Source of the DNA: an uncultured archaeon
Lineage (GTDB): Archaea; Asgardarchaeota; Thorarchaeia; Thorarchaeales; Thorarchaeaceae
Length of the DNA stretch: 64,000 nt
Direction: 5' to 3'
Assembly (NCBI GenBank): GCA_964558645.1
Contig: CAZLEV010000004.1
Coordinates: 171,442-235,441 of the forward strand
Shown here piece after piece: positions 48,652 to 57,800 of this stretch. The notes under the pieces are model-generated. The model was not told where the DNA came from. It saw nothing but the letters and a program-made list of their open reading frames with translations, and searched no databases. Made by a program: the position numbers and the translations under genes. Position 1 is the first letter of the stretch. Each line of letters starts with the position of its first letter.

Positions 48652-49044
48652 CTAGTACACGTAAGCCAGCAGTCTGCCACCAATTCCACGACGCTTTGCC
48701 TCTTCATGGGTCATTACTCCTTGCGGAGTAGTCACGATTAGAATCCCGAAGTTGTACGCCGGGAGAAATCTCTTCTCGAATCTCTCGAAACCGTCACGTC
48801 TCACAGGCAATCTTGGTTTGATGACTCCACATTTGTTTGTGCGGCCCATGAGTTGGATTCTCAATCTTCCGGCCTTTCCATCATCAATCTTTTCGAATTC
48901 GCCGATATAACCCCTTGACTGCATGACACGCAATACACGTTCGATCAGGCTTGATGCAGGTTTGACAACAACCTCTGGTTTGCCCACAAGTTCGCTGTTA
49001 TGGATAGTAGACATTGCATCTGCCAGTGGGTCTAGTAGTGTCAT
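48652..49044 (-). CDS. rps8: 30S ribosomal protein uS8
   Basis: [31 protein letters not shown]. Confidence 0.97.
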   Translation of the reverse strand: MTLLDPLADAMSTIHNSELVGKPEVVVKPASSLIERVLRVMQSRGYIGEFEKIDDGKAGRLRIQLMGRTNKCGVIKPRLPVRRDGFERFEKRFLPAYNFGILIVTTPQGVMTHEEAKRRGIGGRLLAYVY

Positions 49045-49058
49045 TCTCTCGATACCTC

Positions 49059-49235
49059 CTAGCTATACTTCCGAAACCCCAGCTTCTCAGCCGTTTCTCT
49101 GAAACAGCGCCGGCATATGTTCAATCCGTAGGAGCGGATGATTCCTTGGTGAGTTCCACAGCGTATGCATCTTCGACTGCCTTTGCCCATTTTCTTGCGC
49201 TTCTTATCAGACTCTTTGCTCGATTTACTCATCAT
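49059..49235 (-). CDS. rps14: 30S ribosomal protein uS14 (zinc-binding type), absent from the ORF track
   Basis: Manual translation [58 protein letters not shown]. Confidence 0.95.
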   Translation of the reverse strand: MMSKSSKESDKKRKKMGKGSRRCIRCGTHQGIIRSYGLNICRRCFRETAEKLGFRKYS

Positions 49236-49243
49236 GGATCACC

Positions 49244-49837
49244 TCAAAATAGATAGGTGCGTTCTCGCTCCTTCTCAAGGATCTCAACTCCGAATTTCTC
49301 TTTGATGAATACCATACTCTCTTCGGGTGTGACCCTGTGCCTATACGGGATTCTAGCGTTTCTTCTTCTTCGTTTCTTCACTCTGTAACCTGGGCGTTCG
49401 ACACAGACGGTAACATTCATGCCCTGAATACCAAGATTCGGGTCGTATTTCACATCGGAGATATCGATGTGTTCACTTATTCCAAAGGCAAAATTACCGG
49501 ATTCGTCCCAGTTGCGAATCAGTAAGGTCTTTTCTTTCGCCTCAAGTGCTCTCTTGAGGAAGTCAATCGCTCTTTCGTCACGAAGTGTCACTCTGACGGC
49601 GATTGCCTCTTTCCGTCTAATGCCGAATTCTCTTACGGTCTGTTTGGCCCGTGACTGTGCAGGCTTCTGACCGGTAATATTCTCTAGTATGGTGGCCGCT
49701 CTGTTGAGATCATCACCGCCTCCAGTACAGATGTCAACGACAACCTTGGATATGAACGGTTGCCGCATGGGGGTTGATTCCCATTCCTCCAAGATCACTT
49801 CTTGGTTGGGCGTCAATTCATCAGGACTAGAGCTCAT
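49244..49837 (-). CDS. rpl5: 50S ribosomal protein uL5
   Basis: GQKP, FGIRRKEAIAVRVTLR, GNFAFGISEHID, YDPNLGI. Confidence 0.97.
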   Translation of the reverse strand: MSSSPDELTPNQEVILEEWESTPMRQPFISKVVVDICTGGGDDLNRAATILENITGQKPAQSRAKQTVREFGIRRKEAIAVRVTLRDERAIDFLKRALEAKEKTLLIRNWDESGNFAFGISEHIDISDVKYDPNLGIQGMNVTVCVERPGYRVKKRRRRNARIPYRHRVTPEESMVFIKEKFGVEILEKERERTYLF

Positions 49838-50589
49838 TCAGCAGCACCTCCGACTGAAGCAAGAGAAACTTCGGGCCTGTCCTCTCCAAGTACAAATATG
49901 TATTCAAGAGCAGTCTGGACCTGGTTGCCCTCAGCATCCTGAAGCCTGACTATACTAGCATGCGATCCGAAACGACGCTCAATGGATACTATCTTGCCTT
50001 CTATACCTACGTTCTTGCCACGGCTGACTATAGCATAGACACCCTTCTCAAGTGGTATGGTGGACATGTAGTCCTGATTGGGAACGCCAATCTTCACTGT
50101 GTCAAGGGTACTGAAATCTGAAGGCTTGCTTCCTTCAGGAAGAACAAGGTTTCTCCCATCATGAAGTGTCAGCTGTAGTCGCCCTCCAGAAACCATCATC
50201 TTCTTCTCAATGCGGCATAGTTTGAATGATGCCTCTGAATCGTCAATCCTCACAAGTCTCAGGCCGCCACGAACCTTTGGAACGAGCCTAAATGACTCGT
50301 TGGAGGACTCAATCCGAACTACATCCATGACTCCAACAGGATATCTGGGATCTTTCCGAACCTGTCCATCTACCTTGATCTGTCCGCCGGATAGGATGGT
50401 CTTTACCTCTCTCATAGTTTCAGCGTATCCCAGAACCTCCCGGAGTAATACAGCCAGAGTTAGCGATTCCTCTTTAGGATGTGGTCCAGGAATGGTCCGG
50501 GTTGTGAACTTCCCGTGTTTCCTCTTGATTGGCCAATGCTTCGGTGCAGGTAGTCGCTTGAGATGCTTCTTTTGACCTCTTCTCGCCAT
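49834..50589 (-). CDS. rps4e: 30S ribosomal protein eS4
   Basis: KKHLKRLPAP, PGPH, VDGQVRKD, LHDGRN. Confidence 0.97.
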   Translation of the reverse strand: MARRGQKKHLKRLPAPKHWPIKRKHGKFTTRTIPGPHPKEESLTLAVLLREVLGYAETMREVKTILSGGQIKVDGQVRKDPRYPVGVMDVVRIESSNESFRLVPKVRGGLRLVRIDDSEASFKLCRIEKKMMVSGGRLQLTLHDGRNLVLPEGSKPSDFSTLDTVKIGVPNQDYMSTIPLEKGVYAIVSRGKNVGIEGKIVSIERRFGSHASIVRLQDAEGNQVQTALEYIFVLGEDRPEVSLASVGGAAE

Positions 50590-50590
50590 T

Positions 50591-50980
50591 TCACTCTGCC
50601 TCCACGGATTCAATCATCTTCTGTTCGATGCGCTTCTTTCTCTCGTCATCCAGCTCCAACTTCACAATCTTGAGGTTTGATGGATGGAGGGGTATGGGGG
50701 CTTCTTTGCCATCGGCCTTAGTGATGCTGGCCGCATCAATGTATACTCTGACAGCACTATAGTCCACACGAGTTACTTTCCCCTCAATCTCTCTGAATTG
50801 TCCTCTCATAACACGAACCAGATCGCCCTTCTTGACCAACAGAGACCGAAATCCATACTCTTCTTGCAGGAACTCATCAAGCCTACACCTTAACATGTTC
50901 TTGTGAGTGTGCAGTGGCGACTTGTGAATTCGTCTTCTCTGCTTGCGGGGAGATTTCGGACTAGTCTTCTTTGTCAACAC
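50591..50980 (-). CDS. rpl24: 50S ribosomal protein uL24
   Basis: PRKQRR, KOW motif KKGDLVRVMRG, LHPSNL; start chosen after GAGGTTGA. Confidence 0.95.
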   Translation of the reverse strand: MLTKKTSPKSPRKQRRRIHKSPLHTHKNMLRCRLDEFLQEEYGFRSLLVKKGDLVRVMRGQFREIEGKVTRVDYSAVRVYIDAASITKADGKEAPIPLHPSNLKIVKLELDDERKKRIEQKMIESVEAE

Positions 50981-50988
50981 TATCAACC

Positions 50989-51411
50989 TCATACAATCTT
51001 CGATGCAATAGCTGCCACCCTTGGCCATTTCAGAGTCACTTCTCTTGCCATAGGTCCTCGGAGCTCTGAGCCCTGCGGTTCTCCACCAGGCTTGATCAGA
51101 ACAGCCGCGTTGTCCTCAAACTGCATCCAGCTTCCATCAGGTCTTCTGTAGGGCTGTTTCTGCCTGACAATCACAGCCTGCAAGACCTGCTTTCTGAGAT
51201 CCTGTTTGCCTTTCAGAACAGATACATTGACACAATCGCCAACGCCGGCTTTCCCAATCTTCCTGAGGTTGCCTTTGTAACCAAGTACCGTTAGTATCCG
51301 CAATACTTTTGCACCAGAGTTATCTGCGCACGTCACTTTGGCCCCTATGGGAAGCCCACGTGCTATCCTAGGAACAAATTTCTGAATTCCTCTACCAACT
51401 TTACGAGACAT
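50989..51411 (-). CDS. rpl14: 50S ribosomal protein uL14
   Basis: CADNSGAK, AVIVRQ, FEDNAAV. Confidence 0.97.
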   Translation of the reverse strand: MSRKVGRGIQKFVPRIARGLPIGAKVTCADNSGAKVLRILTVLGYKGNLRKIGKAGVGDCVNVSVLKGKQDLRKQVLQAVIVRQKQPYRRPDGSWMQFEDNAAVLIKPGGEPQGSELRGPMAREVTLKWPRVAAIASKIV

Positions 51412-51414
51412 GTT

Positions 51415-51780
51415 CTATTCCTCCTCCGGCTTCCAAGCGGAAACAACAACACACGAGATTGTCTTACTTATCGGACGGCATTCAACTACTTTCACCGAGT
51501 CGCCCACCTGAACATCGATACAATCAGGCAAACGTGCATGTTTCTTGGACCGGCGCCGTTCGTATCTAGAGTATTTCTTCACAATGCCAAGATAGTCTGT
51601 CTGAAATGTGATTGCATTACGCATCTTCGTGCTGGTCACCGTGCCCTCCATGATGCGGCCTCTAACAGGGAGACTGCCGTGGAATGGACAAAGTGGATCA
51701 TCACACACCTTCTCAGGAGGCTCCACATTCGGGATACCTATGTTGCGAACTTTCTGGTTGTTGTCAGCCATTTTCACCAT
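51415..51780 (-). CDS. rps17: 30S ribosomal protein uS17
   Basis: CDDPLCPFHGSLPVRGR, KYSRYERR, ECRPISKT. Confidence 0.97.
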   Translation of the reverse strand: MVKMADNNQKVRNIGIPNVEPPEKVCDDPLCPFHGSLPVRGRIMEGTVTSTKMRNAITFQTDYLGIVKKYSRYERRRSKKHARLPDCIDVQVGDSVKVVECRPISKTISCVVVSAWKPEEE

Positions 51781-52055
51781 CTCCTATCGAGGGGTTTCTT
51801 CAGACGTTGCTCTGGACGACCTTCAAGCAAGCGCCCATCAACCCTCACAATCTTGTTGTTGGGTAACTCGATATCGAATACATTCTGATTCTTTGGCACT
51901 CGAATCGGGTTCTCCGGTGTACGAATGTACAGCATGTTCCTTGACTCGTTTAGGACTGTGCCTGCACGACAAATGCAAGTGGGGTCAGTTGACTCCACTA
52001 TGTGCAGATGAAGTCCGACAAGTTCATGCTGAACAAGACTCTCGGGTGTGATCAT
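51774..52055 (-). CDS. rnp1: RNase P protein subunit Rpp29/POP4
   Basis: HELVGL, GTVLNESRNML, VPK, GRPEQRLKK; conserved position before rps17. Confidence 0.92.
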   Translation of the reverse strand: MITPESLVQHELVGLHLHIVESTDPTCICRAGTVLNESRNMLYIRTPENPIRVPKNQNVFDIELPNNKIVRVDGRLLEGRPEQRLKKPLDRRW

Positions 52056-52264
52056 CTTTCGCCCTCCAGTTCCACTTCTCTCTGAATCGTAAGAATTCGC
52101 GCGATGGCTCGCCGTATGGCTCGAATTCTATACGGATTCTCGCTGCCGCCTCCTGTTGCCAGTTCTATTCTAATGGTGGATAGTTCGTTGTACAGGTCCT
52201 CTAAGCGTTTGGATCGCTCTTCAGGAGTCAAATTGCGTATGTCACGTGGAGTCAGCCGAGCCAT
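52052..52264 (-). CDS. rpl29: 50S ribosomal protein uL29
   Basis: ENPYRIRAIRRAIARILT. Confidence 0.95.
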   Translation of the reverse strand: MARLTPRDIRNLTPEERSKRLEDLYNELSTIRIELATGGGSENPYRIRAIRRAIARILTIQREVELEGER

Positions 52265-53175
52265 TATTCATCCTCCCCTTCGGTATCAAGATCGTCAAGC
52301 TCTTCTAGTTCTTCCAAATCAACAGAGGGGGCCTCCTCCGAGGGCGCCTCTTCATCAGGAGTGCTATCCGAAGACGCCTCTGGCTTTGGCGGCGGAGTTT
52401 CGCGCTGTTCTGCCTCCAGTTCGGCATCCTCGACAAGCTCTAGGGCGTCAAGCTCTTCTAACTCGCGAAGTTCATCCATGTCAGTGATTCCCTCGAGGCC
52501 TTCCTCAACAGCTTCCTCGTCAGGTTCCTCTTCGTCCGTGGGCTCCTTGAGGAGCTGTGGTTCTGGCTCCTCTCTGTGCTTTGGTTTCTTCACATGAACA
52601 ACACCAGGCAGTTTCGCGCCAGGTTTCATTATGCTGACCTTGATGCCAGTAACACCAGGTTTGAGAACTGCCTTATCATAAGACGAATCAACGAATGTGT
52701 CCGCGGGTTCTCCAGTCTTTGCAACAGTGGATTGCTTGAACTTCTGATATCGTCCTCTACGACTGGATAACTTGCCCTTCACAACAATCTCACAGCCAAG
52801 AGCGCCTGCACGCATAATTCTCCTCAGAATCCAGTAAGCCATTCTACGGAAGCGAACCCCCCGTTCAAGCTGTCTTGCCAGTCTAGAGGCCATAACCTGA
52901 GCATTGAGCCACGGATTCTCTATCTCACTGACTTCAATCTGAATATTCTCTATACCGAATTCTGTTTCAAGTATGTAAGTCAATTCACGAACTTTGGAGC
53001 CTCGGCGTCCGATGACGACACCTGGACGAGAGGAGTAAATCACTACCTCTGTCCTCATGGGCATCTTCCGGATCTCAAGGCCACCATAACCTGCAGAGTT
53101 AAGCTCACGGTTCAGAAACTCATCAAGAGCTAGCTTGCGAGTGTTACGTTCGATGAAGTACTTGACTGCCGACAA
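52264..53175 (-). CDS. rps3: 30S ribosomal protein uS3 with acidic C-terminal extension
   Basis: RPGVVIGRRG KH motif, LERGVRFRR, GALGCEIVVKGKL. Confidence 0.97.
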   Translation of the reverse strand: MSAVKYFIERNTRKLALDEFLNRELNSAGYGGLEIRKMPMRTEVVIYSSRPGVVIGRRGSKVRELTYILETEFGIENIQIEVSEIENPWLNAQVMASRLARQLERGVRFRRMAYWILRRIMRAGALGCEIVVKGKLSSRRGRYQKFKQSTVAKTGEPADTFVDSSYDKAVLKPGVTGIKVSIMKPGAKLPGVVHVKKPKHREEPEPQLLKEPTDEEEPDEEAVEEGLEGITDMDELRELEELDALELVEDAELEAEQRETPPPKPEASSDSTPDEEAPSEEAPSVDLEELEELDDLDTEGEDE

Positions 53176-53640
53176 TTATGACACCTCTTCTAGAACAATC
53201 TCCACATGTGTAGTATTCTCGTTATAGGGGGTACTCCGCCCAAAGGCGCGTTCGATATACTTCTTGTATGTCCTGCCTCTGTGAGCTGCAGCATGCATAA
53301 TTCTCAGACGATCAATGTCTAGCCCCTTGTTGTCTGCGTTGGCCTCTGCATTTCTCAGCACTTTCAGAATCCTCTGGGATGTCTTCACCGGATGGCCACC
53401 AGTATGCCATTTCTTCATGCCAGAATGATGTGCTCTCTTCTTTTTGTGGCGCTTGTACGGAATCCATGCCTTCTCCTCAATAACTTCCTCGAGCAACTCA
53501 ATCGCCTTATCGAGCATCATGCCACGAATGGCCTCACATACTTCTCTCGCATGTTTCGGCGAACATCGCATGTTTCTTCCGCTGGCTATGGCAGTCCTGT
53601 CTGGGTCAATGCCAATTATGCTGTATCTGTATGACGGCAT
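53176..53640 (-). CDS. rpl22: 50S ribosomal protein uL22
   Basis: SPKHAREVC, NAEANA, RAFGR, THVEIVL. Confidence 0.97.
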   Translation of the reverse strand: MPSYRYSIIGIDPDRTAIASGRNMRCSPKHAREVCEAIRGMMLDKAIELLEEVIEEKAWIPYKRHKKKRAHHSGMKKWHTGGHPVKTSQRILKVLRNAEANADNKGLDIDRLRIMHAAAHRGRTYKKYIERAFGRSTPYNENTTHVEIVLEEVS

Positions 53641-53852
53641 GGTACCTCACTTCTGGTCTTGTGACCTATGAAAAGCCCACCTCCCGCTATTGGTAGGCAG
53701 TCTCCTCATCATGGCACCCTCAATGGCTACCCAGAACTTCCGGCACACGTATACAGGCCACTTCCGCGAGCAGAATCAAGAACCTGCACTGCTTCCTTCT
53801 GTTCCGAACAGTCACTATCAGAGAGCGACACTCAGATGCCAAAATAGTTCAC

Positions 53853-53860
53853 ATTTAAAC
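53853..53860 (-). promoter_or_regulatory. Putative TATA box for the rpl22-led operon
   Basis: GTTTAAAT on the minus strand about 215 nt upstream of the rpl22 ATG; most TATA-like element in the gap. Confidence 0.4.
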
Positions 53861-53942
53861 GTTACCAATTGCCACATGCCGAAAGGTCGACCAGCAGGTG
53901 CAAAGAACCCGGACAAACGTAGACATATGCGTATAGGGCTAG

Positions 53943-54569
53943 CTAGATTCCCATTGCTGCACTTTGCTTTAGCTCAGCAAGTAGTTTCTCACTCTGTTCT
54001 TCTATCTTCTTCTCTACTAGTGTGAATAGGTCTCTCTCGAAGGCATTTGGAAGGATCTTTACGATTCTACAGAGACGTTCCACTATTCTTTCTGCGAGCG
54101 CACTTGGTGCGACTGCCCCTCCTCTCACAATACCCAAGACCACTTCTTCGCTTACACTCGTCCTTACCACGGAGTTGATGACACTCGAGATTGTTCCTCT
54201 TGGGTCTATATAGAAAGGCAGTTGACCATGATCATGAAAGACCTCGAATCCAAGCTTCTCAATGATAGACTCAGTATACCACTCCAGACTCGACTCCTTG
54301 ATTCGGAGTTTGCTAGCGAGCTCGGTTCTTGTGAGAGGGTTGGGGTGACTCCAGGGATGTCGAGTCACCAAGTAAAGAGAGGCTGCATAGAGTGGTTCAA
54401 GTTCCCGTGGCCTTCCCTCTGTTGACACATACCTCCGGATGAGATCTAAGGCCACTGCCTCATATCGTTCATCAACATTGCTCTCCTTGAAATACTCGTG
54501 CGCATCTCGTACGATATCAACCACGTCGTGGGGGTTGAATCCGGGATGCTCCTCGTCATCGTAATGCAC
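53943..54569 (-). CDS. Hypothetical protein with a TFB/cyclin-fold-like repeat
   Basis: GRPRELEPLYAASLYLVTR...PLTRTELASKLRIKESSLEWYTESIIEKL resembles the TFIIB repeat (AAALYIACR...PRTLKEIA). Confidence 0.5.
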   Translation of the reverse strand: MHYDDEEHPGFNPHDVVDIVRDAHEYFKESNVDERYEAVALDLIRRYVSTEGRPRELEPLYAASLYLVTRHPWSHPNPLTRTELASKLRIKESSLEWYTESIIEKLGFEVFHDHGQLPFYIDPRGTISSVINSVVRTSVSEEVVLGIVRGGAVAPSALAERIVERLCRIVKILPNAFERDLFTLVEKKIEEQSEKLLAELKQSAAMGI

Positions 54570-54683
54570 TGCTACCTCTCCTTTGTATCAAGATGGGTAA
54601 CAAACGTTTCATTCACTAAGCGATATATCCGTTTTGCATCGGAAACCGAGGTAAGTATAGAACGCGCCTTTCTGCCCTGCTCC

Positions 54684-55247
54684 CTAGCGCGGACGATATA
54701 TCTTCTCAAGTGCCCATCTTAGTGCATTCCGGATTTCGTCCAGTCTTTCCTCTCCTCCATAGTTGCGGATGAAGACTCCCTGGAGAATACTGTCCTCCGC
54801 TTGGATATCAAAATCGAATGAATCCTCCCACTCTATTTCCCCATTCTCCACACGACGTTTGTCCTCCTGCTGGAAACCGCCAAGGATTCTTTCTACAAAG
54901 AATCGAGCGAATGCTCCTCGCTTGATATCATACAATGCGTGAGGGGCCGGGGTGATTGCTATCTCATCCCCTGTCACCTGCATGGTAGCAAGTTCCAGGT
55001 CCTCCGACTTGTGCCTGATCTCTAGAGTGCGGGGCCCTTCGGCCCGAGCCCCCTCCATGATGTCCTTTGGTTCAGGTTCTCCAGCTGCCAACGCAGCCTG
55101 TGCTGTTGAGAAACTACTTGCTCCAATTGTGGCATCGAGTGCCTTGACATAACCCTCGAGTTGCTGGATTCTGTCCTTCATCTTATCAAGCTCGTCCTCA
55201 AGCTCCCTCCGCAGTTCCAGTAACATCCTGACTCTGGTATCACTCAC
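54684..55247 (-). CDS. Hypothetical protein with N-terminal coiled coil
   Basis: Heptad pattern LLELRRELEDELDKMKDRIQQLEGYVKAL followed by an alpha/beta domain. Confidence 0.7.
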   Translation of the reverse strand: MSDTRVRMLLELRRELEDELDKMKDRIQQLEGYVKALDATIGASSFSTAQAALAAGEPEPKDIMEGARAEGPRTLEIRHKSEDLELATMQVTGDEIAITPAPHALYDIKRGAFARFFVERILGGFQQEDKRRVENGEIEWEDSFDFDIQAEDSILQGVFIRNYGGEERLDEIRNALRWALEKIYRPR

Positions 55248-55352
55248 TGGTGCGCACCTTCGATGGTCTGAACTCGTATCTAAATGAATCCGGTATTATA
55301 TTACCCTGTGTATTATTTGACTCCATATTTCATTTGTAGAATGAAGTCTGAG

Positions 55353-55571
55353 TCAGTCCTCAACTACCGTGATCGCGAAGTCTGGACACTCCATTTCGCA
55401 GAGGCGACACACTCTGCAGGCATCAATGTCCACGACCTCTGGCAAATAGAAGCCTCTGTTGTCCACCTGATCCCCCTTCTTCAGCACTCCGAAGGGACAT
55501 ACTGATATACAGATATGACAGCCCTTGCAGAGTTCAGCGGCAATCACAATTCGCTTTGCCTTTCGTGCCAT
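55353..55571 (-). CDS. 4Fe-4S dicluster ferredoxin (2-oxoacid oxidoreductase delta-like)
   Basis: CKGCHICISVCP and CRVCRLCEMECPDFAI. Confidence 0.92.
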   Translation of the reverse strand: MARKAKRIVIAAELCKGCHICISVCPFGVLKKGDQVDNRGFYLPEVVDIDACRVCRLCEMECPDFAITVVED

Positions 55572-55678
55572 GCTTCAGCCTCAAGAAGGCACGCCTAGTC
55601 CCTACGATATAATGCTATTCATGTGTTCATGGAGAGTACTGGTTATATACCGTCCACGCTGATGAAGTAACGAGCCAG

Positions 55679-56404
55679 GTGATACTGCTGAAGCCTTTCT
55701 TTGTATTCATGTGTCCCAAATGTCATCGATTCACCAATGCCCCGGTGGGCCAGAAGCGCAGAAGGTGTAGCTACTGTGGTAAGCTTATCGATATATCAAA
55801 GGCATCAGTTGCCATGTTCGATGATCAACACGCAGCCACAACGGCAACCAAAGAGTTCAACGCAAGCAACAGCGATGAATTCAAGAAGGCAATGGAACGC
55901 TCCAAGGATAGGATACGCGGACTCGTCCCGAGTGAGCCCATAAATGCTGCAGACATCTCGGATGATTCTGAGGCGCGAGAATTGCCAACAGGCAAAACGA
56001 AGAGGCTCATGACGCTCCTGGAACGAGAGGCTCGAAGAAAGAGTTGCTCTCTGAACCGAATTGAAGAACTCAGTTCCAGGTATCGACTCGAATGGGACTG
56101 GGTAGAAGAACAGCTCACTAAACTCGGAAACCGTGGTACTCTCATTTTTCCGCGTCCTTGGTCGGTGAAGCTGGTTGGCACCTCCGAGGGAAACTCGGAC
56201 GACGTTCCTCGTGAAGTCGATGTATCGAAGAGCATTCTACGACTGCTGAGAGAGCATGGCGGACGCCTTCCAGTAGGAAGGATTGTCAAGCACTATGGTA
56301 AGGAATCGATCTCGGAGAACTCGGTGTTCTCCTCTCTCGATCGCCTCATGAATTCCGGTGACATCTATCAGCCAGAACCGGGCATAGTGAGTCTGATTGA
56401 CTGA
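55679..56404 (+). CDS. Zn-ribbon (DUF1922-like) protein with two C-terminal winged-helix domains
   Basis: CPKC...RCSYCG; two WH-like ends (LTKLGNRGTLIFPRP; LDRLMNSGDIYQPEPG). Confidence 0.65.
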   Translation: MILLKPFFVFMCPKCHRFTNAPVGQKRRRCSYCGKLIDISKASVAMFDDQHAATTATKEFNASNSDEFKKAMERSKDRIRGLVPSEPINAADISDDSEARELPTGKTKRLMTLLEREARRKSCSLNRIEELSSRYRLEWDWVEEQLTKLGNRGTLIFPRPWSVKLVGTSEGNSDDVPREVDVSKSILRLLREHGGRLPVGRIVKHYGKESISENSVFSSLDRLMNSGDIYQPEPGIVSLID

Positions 56405-56449
56405 TTCGATGGTTTGAATAGCACTGCAGAAGACAATAGAGGTGAAACA

Positions 56450-56839
56450 ATGCCAATGGTTGAACTGGTAGCTAAGAGAATGCTACGCCGAAACCCTGAC
56501 ATCGGCTTGGGCGTAGTGGACCTGATAGTTCTACTCTGGCTCTACTCCAACCCATACGACAGCAACAGGCGCCAACTATCCAGTATGAAGAATGTTCTCA
56601 CGATGACCGAAATTGTACAGTCTCCCACAGGCACACTACAAGTGACTGATGAAGAGCTCACTCAAATCGTTCTTGCAAGTCTTCGAAGGCTCAAGGAGAA
56701 GGGGCTCTGCTATATCCGGTCTGCTGGCAGATTCTACGTCAAAGGGACTCTCACTGAGGCGGGTGTTCATCTTGTTGAGAAGTCACTCAACAGTTCATCA
56801 CTGCGAAGAGTGACCGATGAATTTGGAAACAACCCCTAA
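56450..56839 (+). CDS. Hypothetical winged-helix protein
   Basis: SLRRLKEKGLC...LTEAG wing motif; SD GAGGTGA upstream of ATG 56450. Confidence 0.65.
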   Translation: MPMVELVAKRMLRRNPDIGLGVVDLIVLLWLYSNPYDSNRRQLSSMKNVLTMTEIVQSPTGTLQVTDEELTQIVLASLRRLKEKGLCYIRSAGRFYVKGTLTEAGVHLVEKSLNSSSLRRVTDEFGNNP

Positions 56840-56902
56840 GAGTCCGGTTCACTGCAAACCAGATAGGTTCGGATGCATTTCTGAGTTGAACGGTATATCG
56901 TT

Positions 56903-57217
56903 TTAGCTATTCTCTGGTTGGAGGCTTACTTCCTCAACGAATTCCTTCCCTGCCACGACCTGATCGATTGAATGAATCACTGCACCTGCTTGCTCCAGAA
57001 TCTCTTTGATGGTTTCATACTTGATGTCATCACCCTCGATTGTGATAGCTATGCTCTCAGTGTTTTGGTCGACTTCTTTCAGAGAGATGTTTAGTCCGTT
57101 CACGTGCTCGTCTCTTGTGATCATGAGTGCAAGATCTGTGAGCCGAGGAGTGTGAGGTTTCAAAACGTCCAGAACGATTCTTCGTATGCCACTTGGCAAT
57201 ATAATTCCAAACCCCAA
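56903..57217 (-). CDS. DUF211 family protein
   Basis: IRRIVLDVLKPH...GAVIHSIDQVVAG. Confidence 0.85.
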   Translation of the reverse strand: MGFGIILPSGIRRIVLDVLKPHTPRLTDLALMITRDEHVNGLNISLKEVDQNTESIAITIEGDDIKYETIKEILEQAGAVIHSIDQVVAGKEFVEEVSLQPENS

Positions 57218-57438
57218 TGCTGACCTATTGATCAGTATGTCTTGTGCTTGCTCAGACGATTTGTTGTTAAATCTTACTACAAGGCACTTATTGTAGTAGC
57301 GTGATGGAACCGACCATCAACTGCCTCACATTTAGCGCGATTCTCCGACCATGATCCCTTGATGCCCTAATCCTTTTATTCGAGTTGAGTGAGCTCTGAA
57401 GGGAACGGGTAACCGTACATGCCGGGAAGGATTCGCAC

Positions 57439-57741
57439 GTGAAGCAAGAGAAACTGACAAAAACTAACAACGAGGTTGTTTCTGGACCCGAACATGTCGA
57501 GCAAAAGTACCCCTCGACCAGGGGAATTGACATTGACAAGGCAAACTTCAAGACACATCCACTCTGGAATATTCTGGTTGAAACCACACACAGAAGCCCA
57601 CTATATCCGAATCTTTCCGGATATGTGAGAGAGAACATCGTACCTGCAGAACCAGATATCAGTCCGAGAGAACTGGCAACAAGGCTATCTATATCCATCG
57701 GAGAAGCGCTTGTGATACTTGACGACATAATTTCAGAGTAG
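57439..57741 (+). CDS. Hypothetical protein
   Basis: 100-aa ORF ending in HTH-like ISPRELATRLSISIGEALVIL, upstream of hypD. Confidence 0.6.
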   Translation: MKQEKLTKTNNEVVSGPEHVEQKYPSTRGIDIDKANFKTHPLWNILVETTHRSPLYPNLSGYVRENIVPAEPDISPRELATRLSISIGEALVILDDIISE

Positions 57742-57800
57742 TGGCCTCAAGCAGACTTCTTTTATTCAGAGCTTTCTGGTATGATTTGGATATGGGGCCC

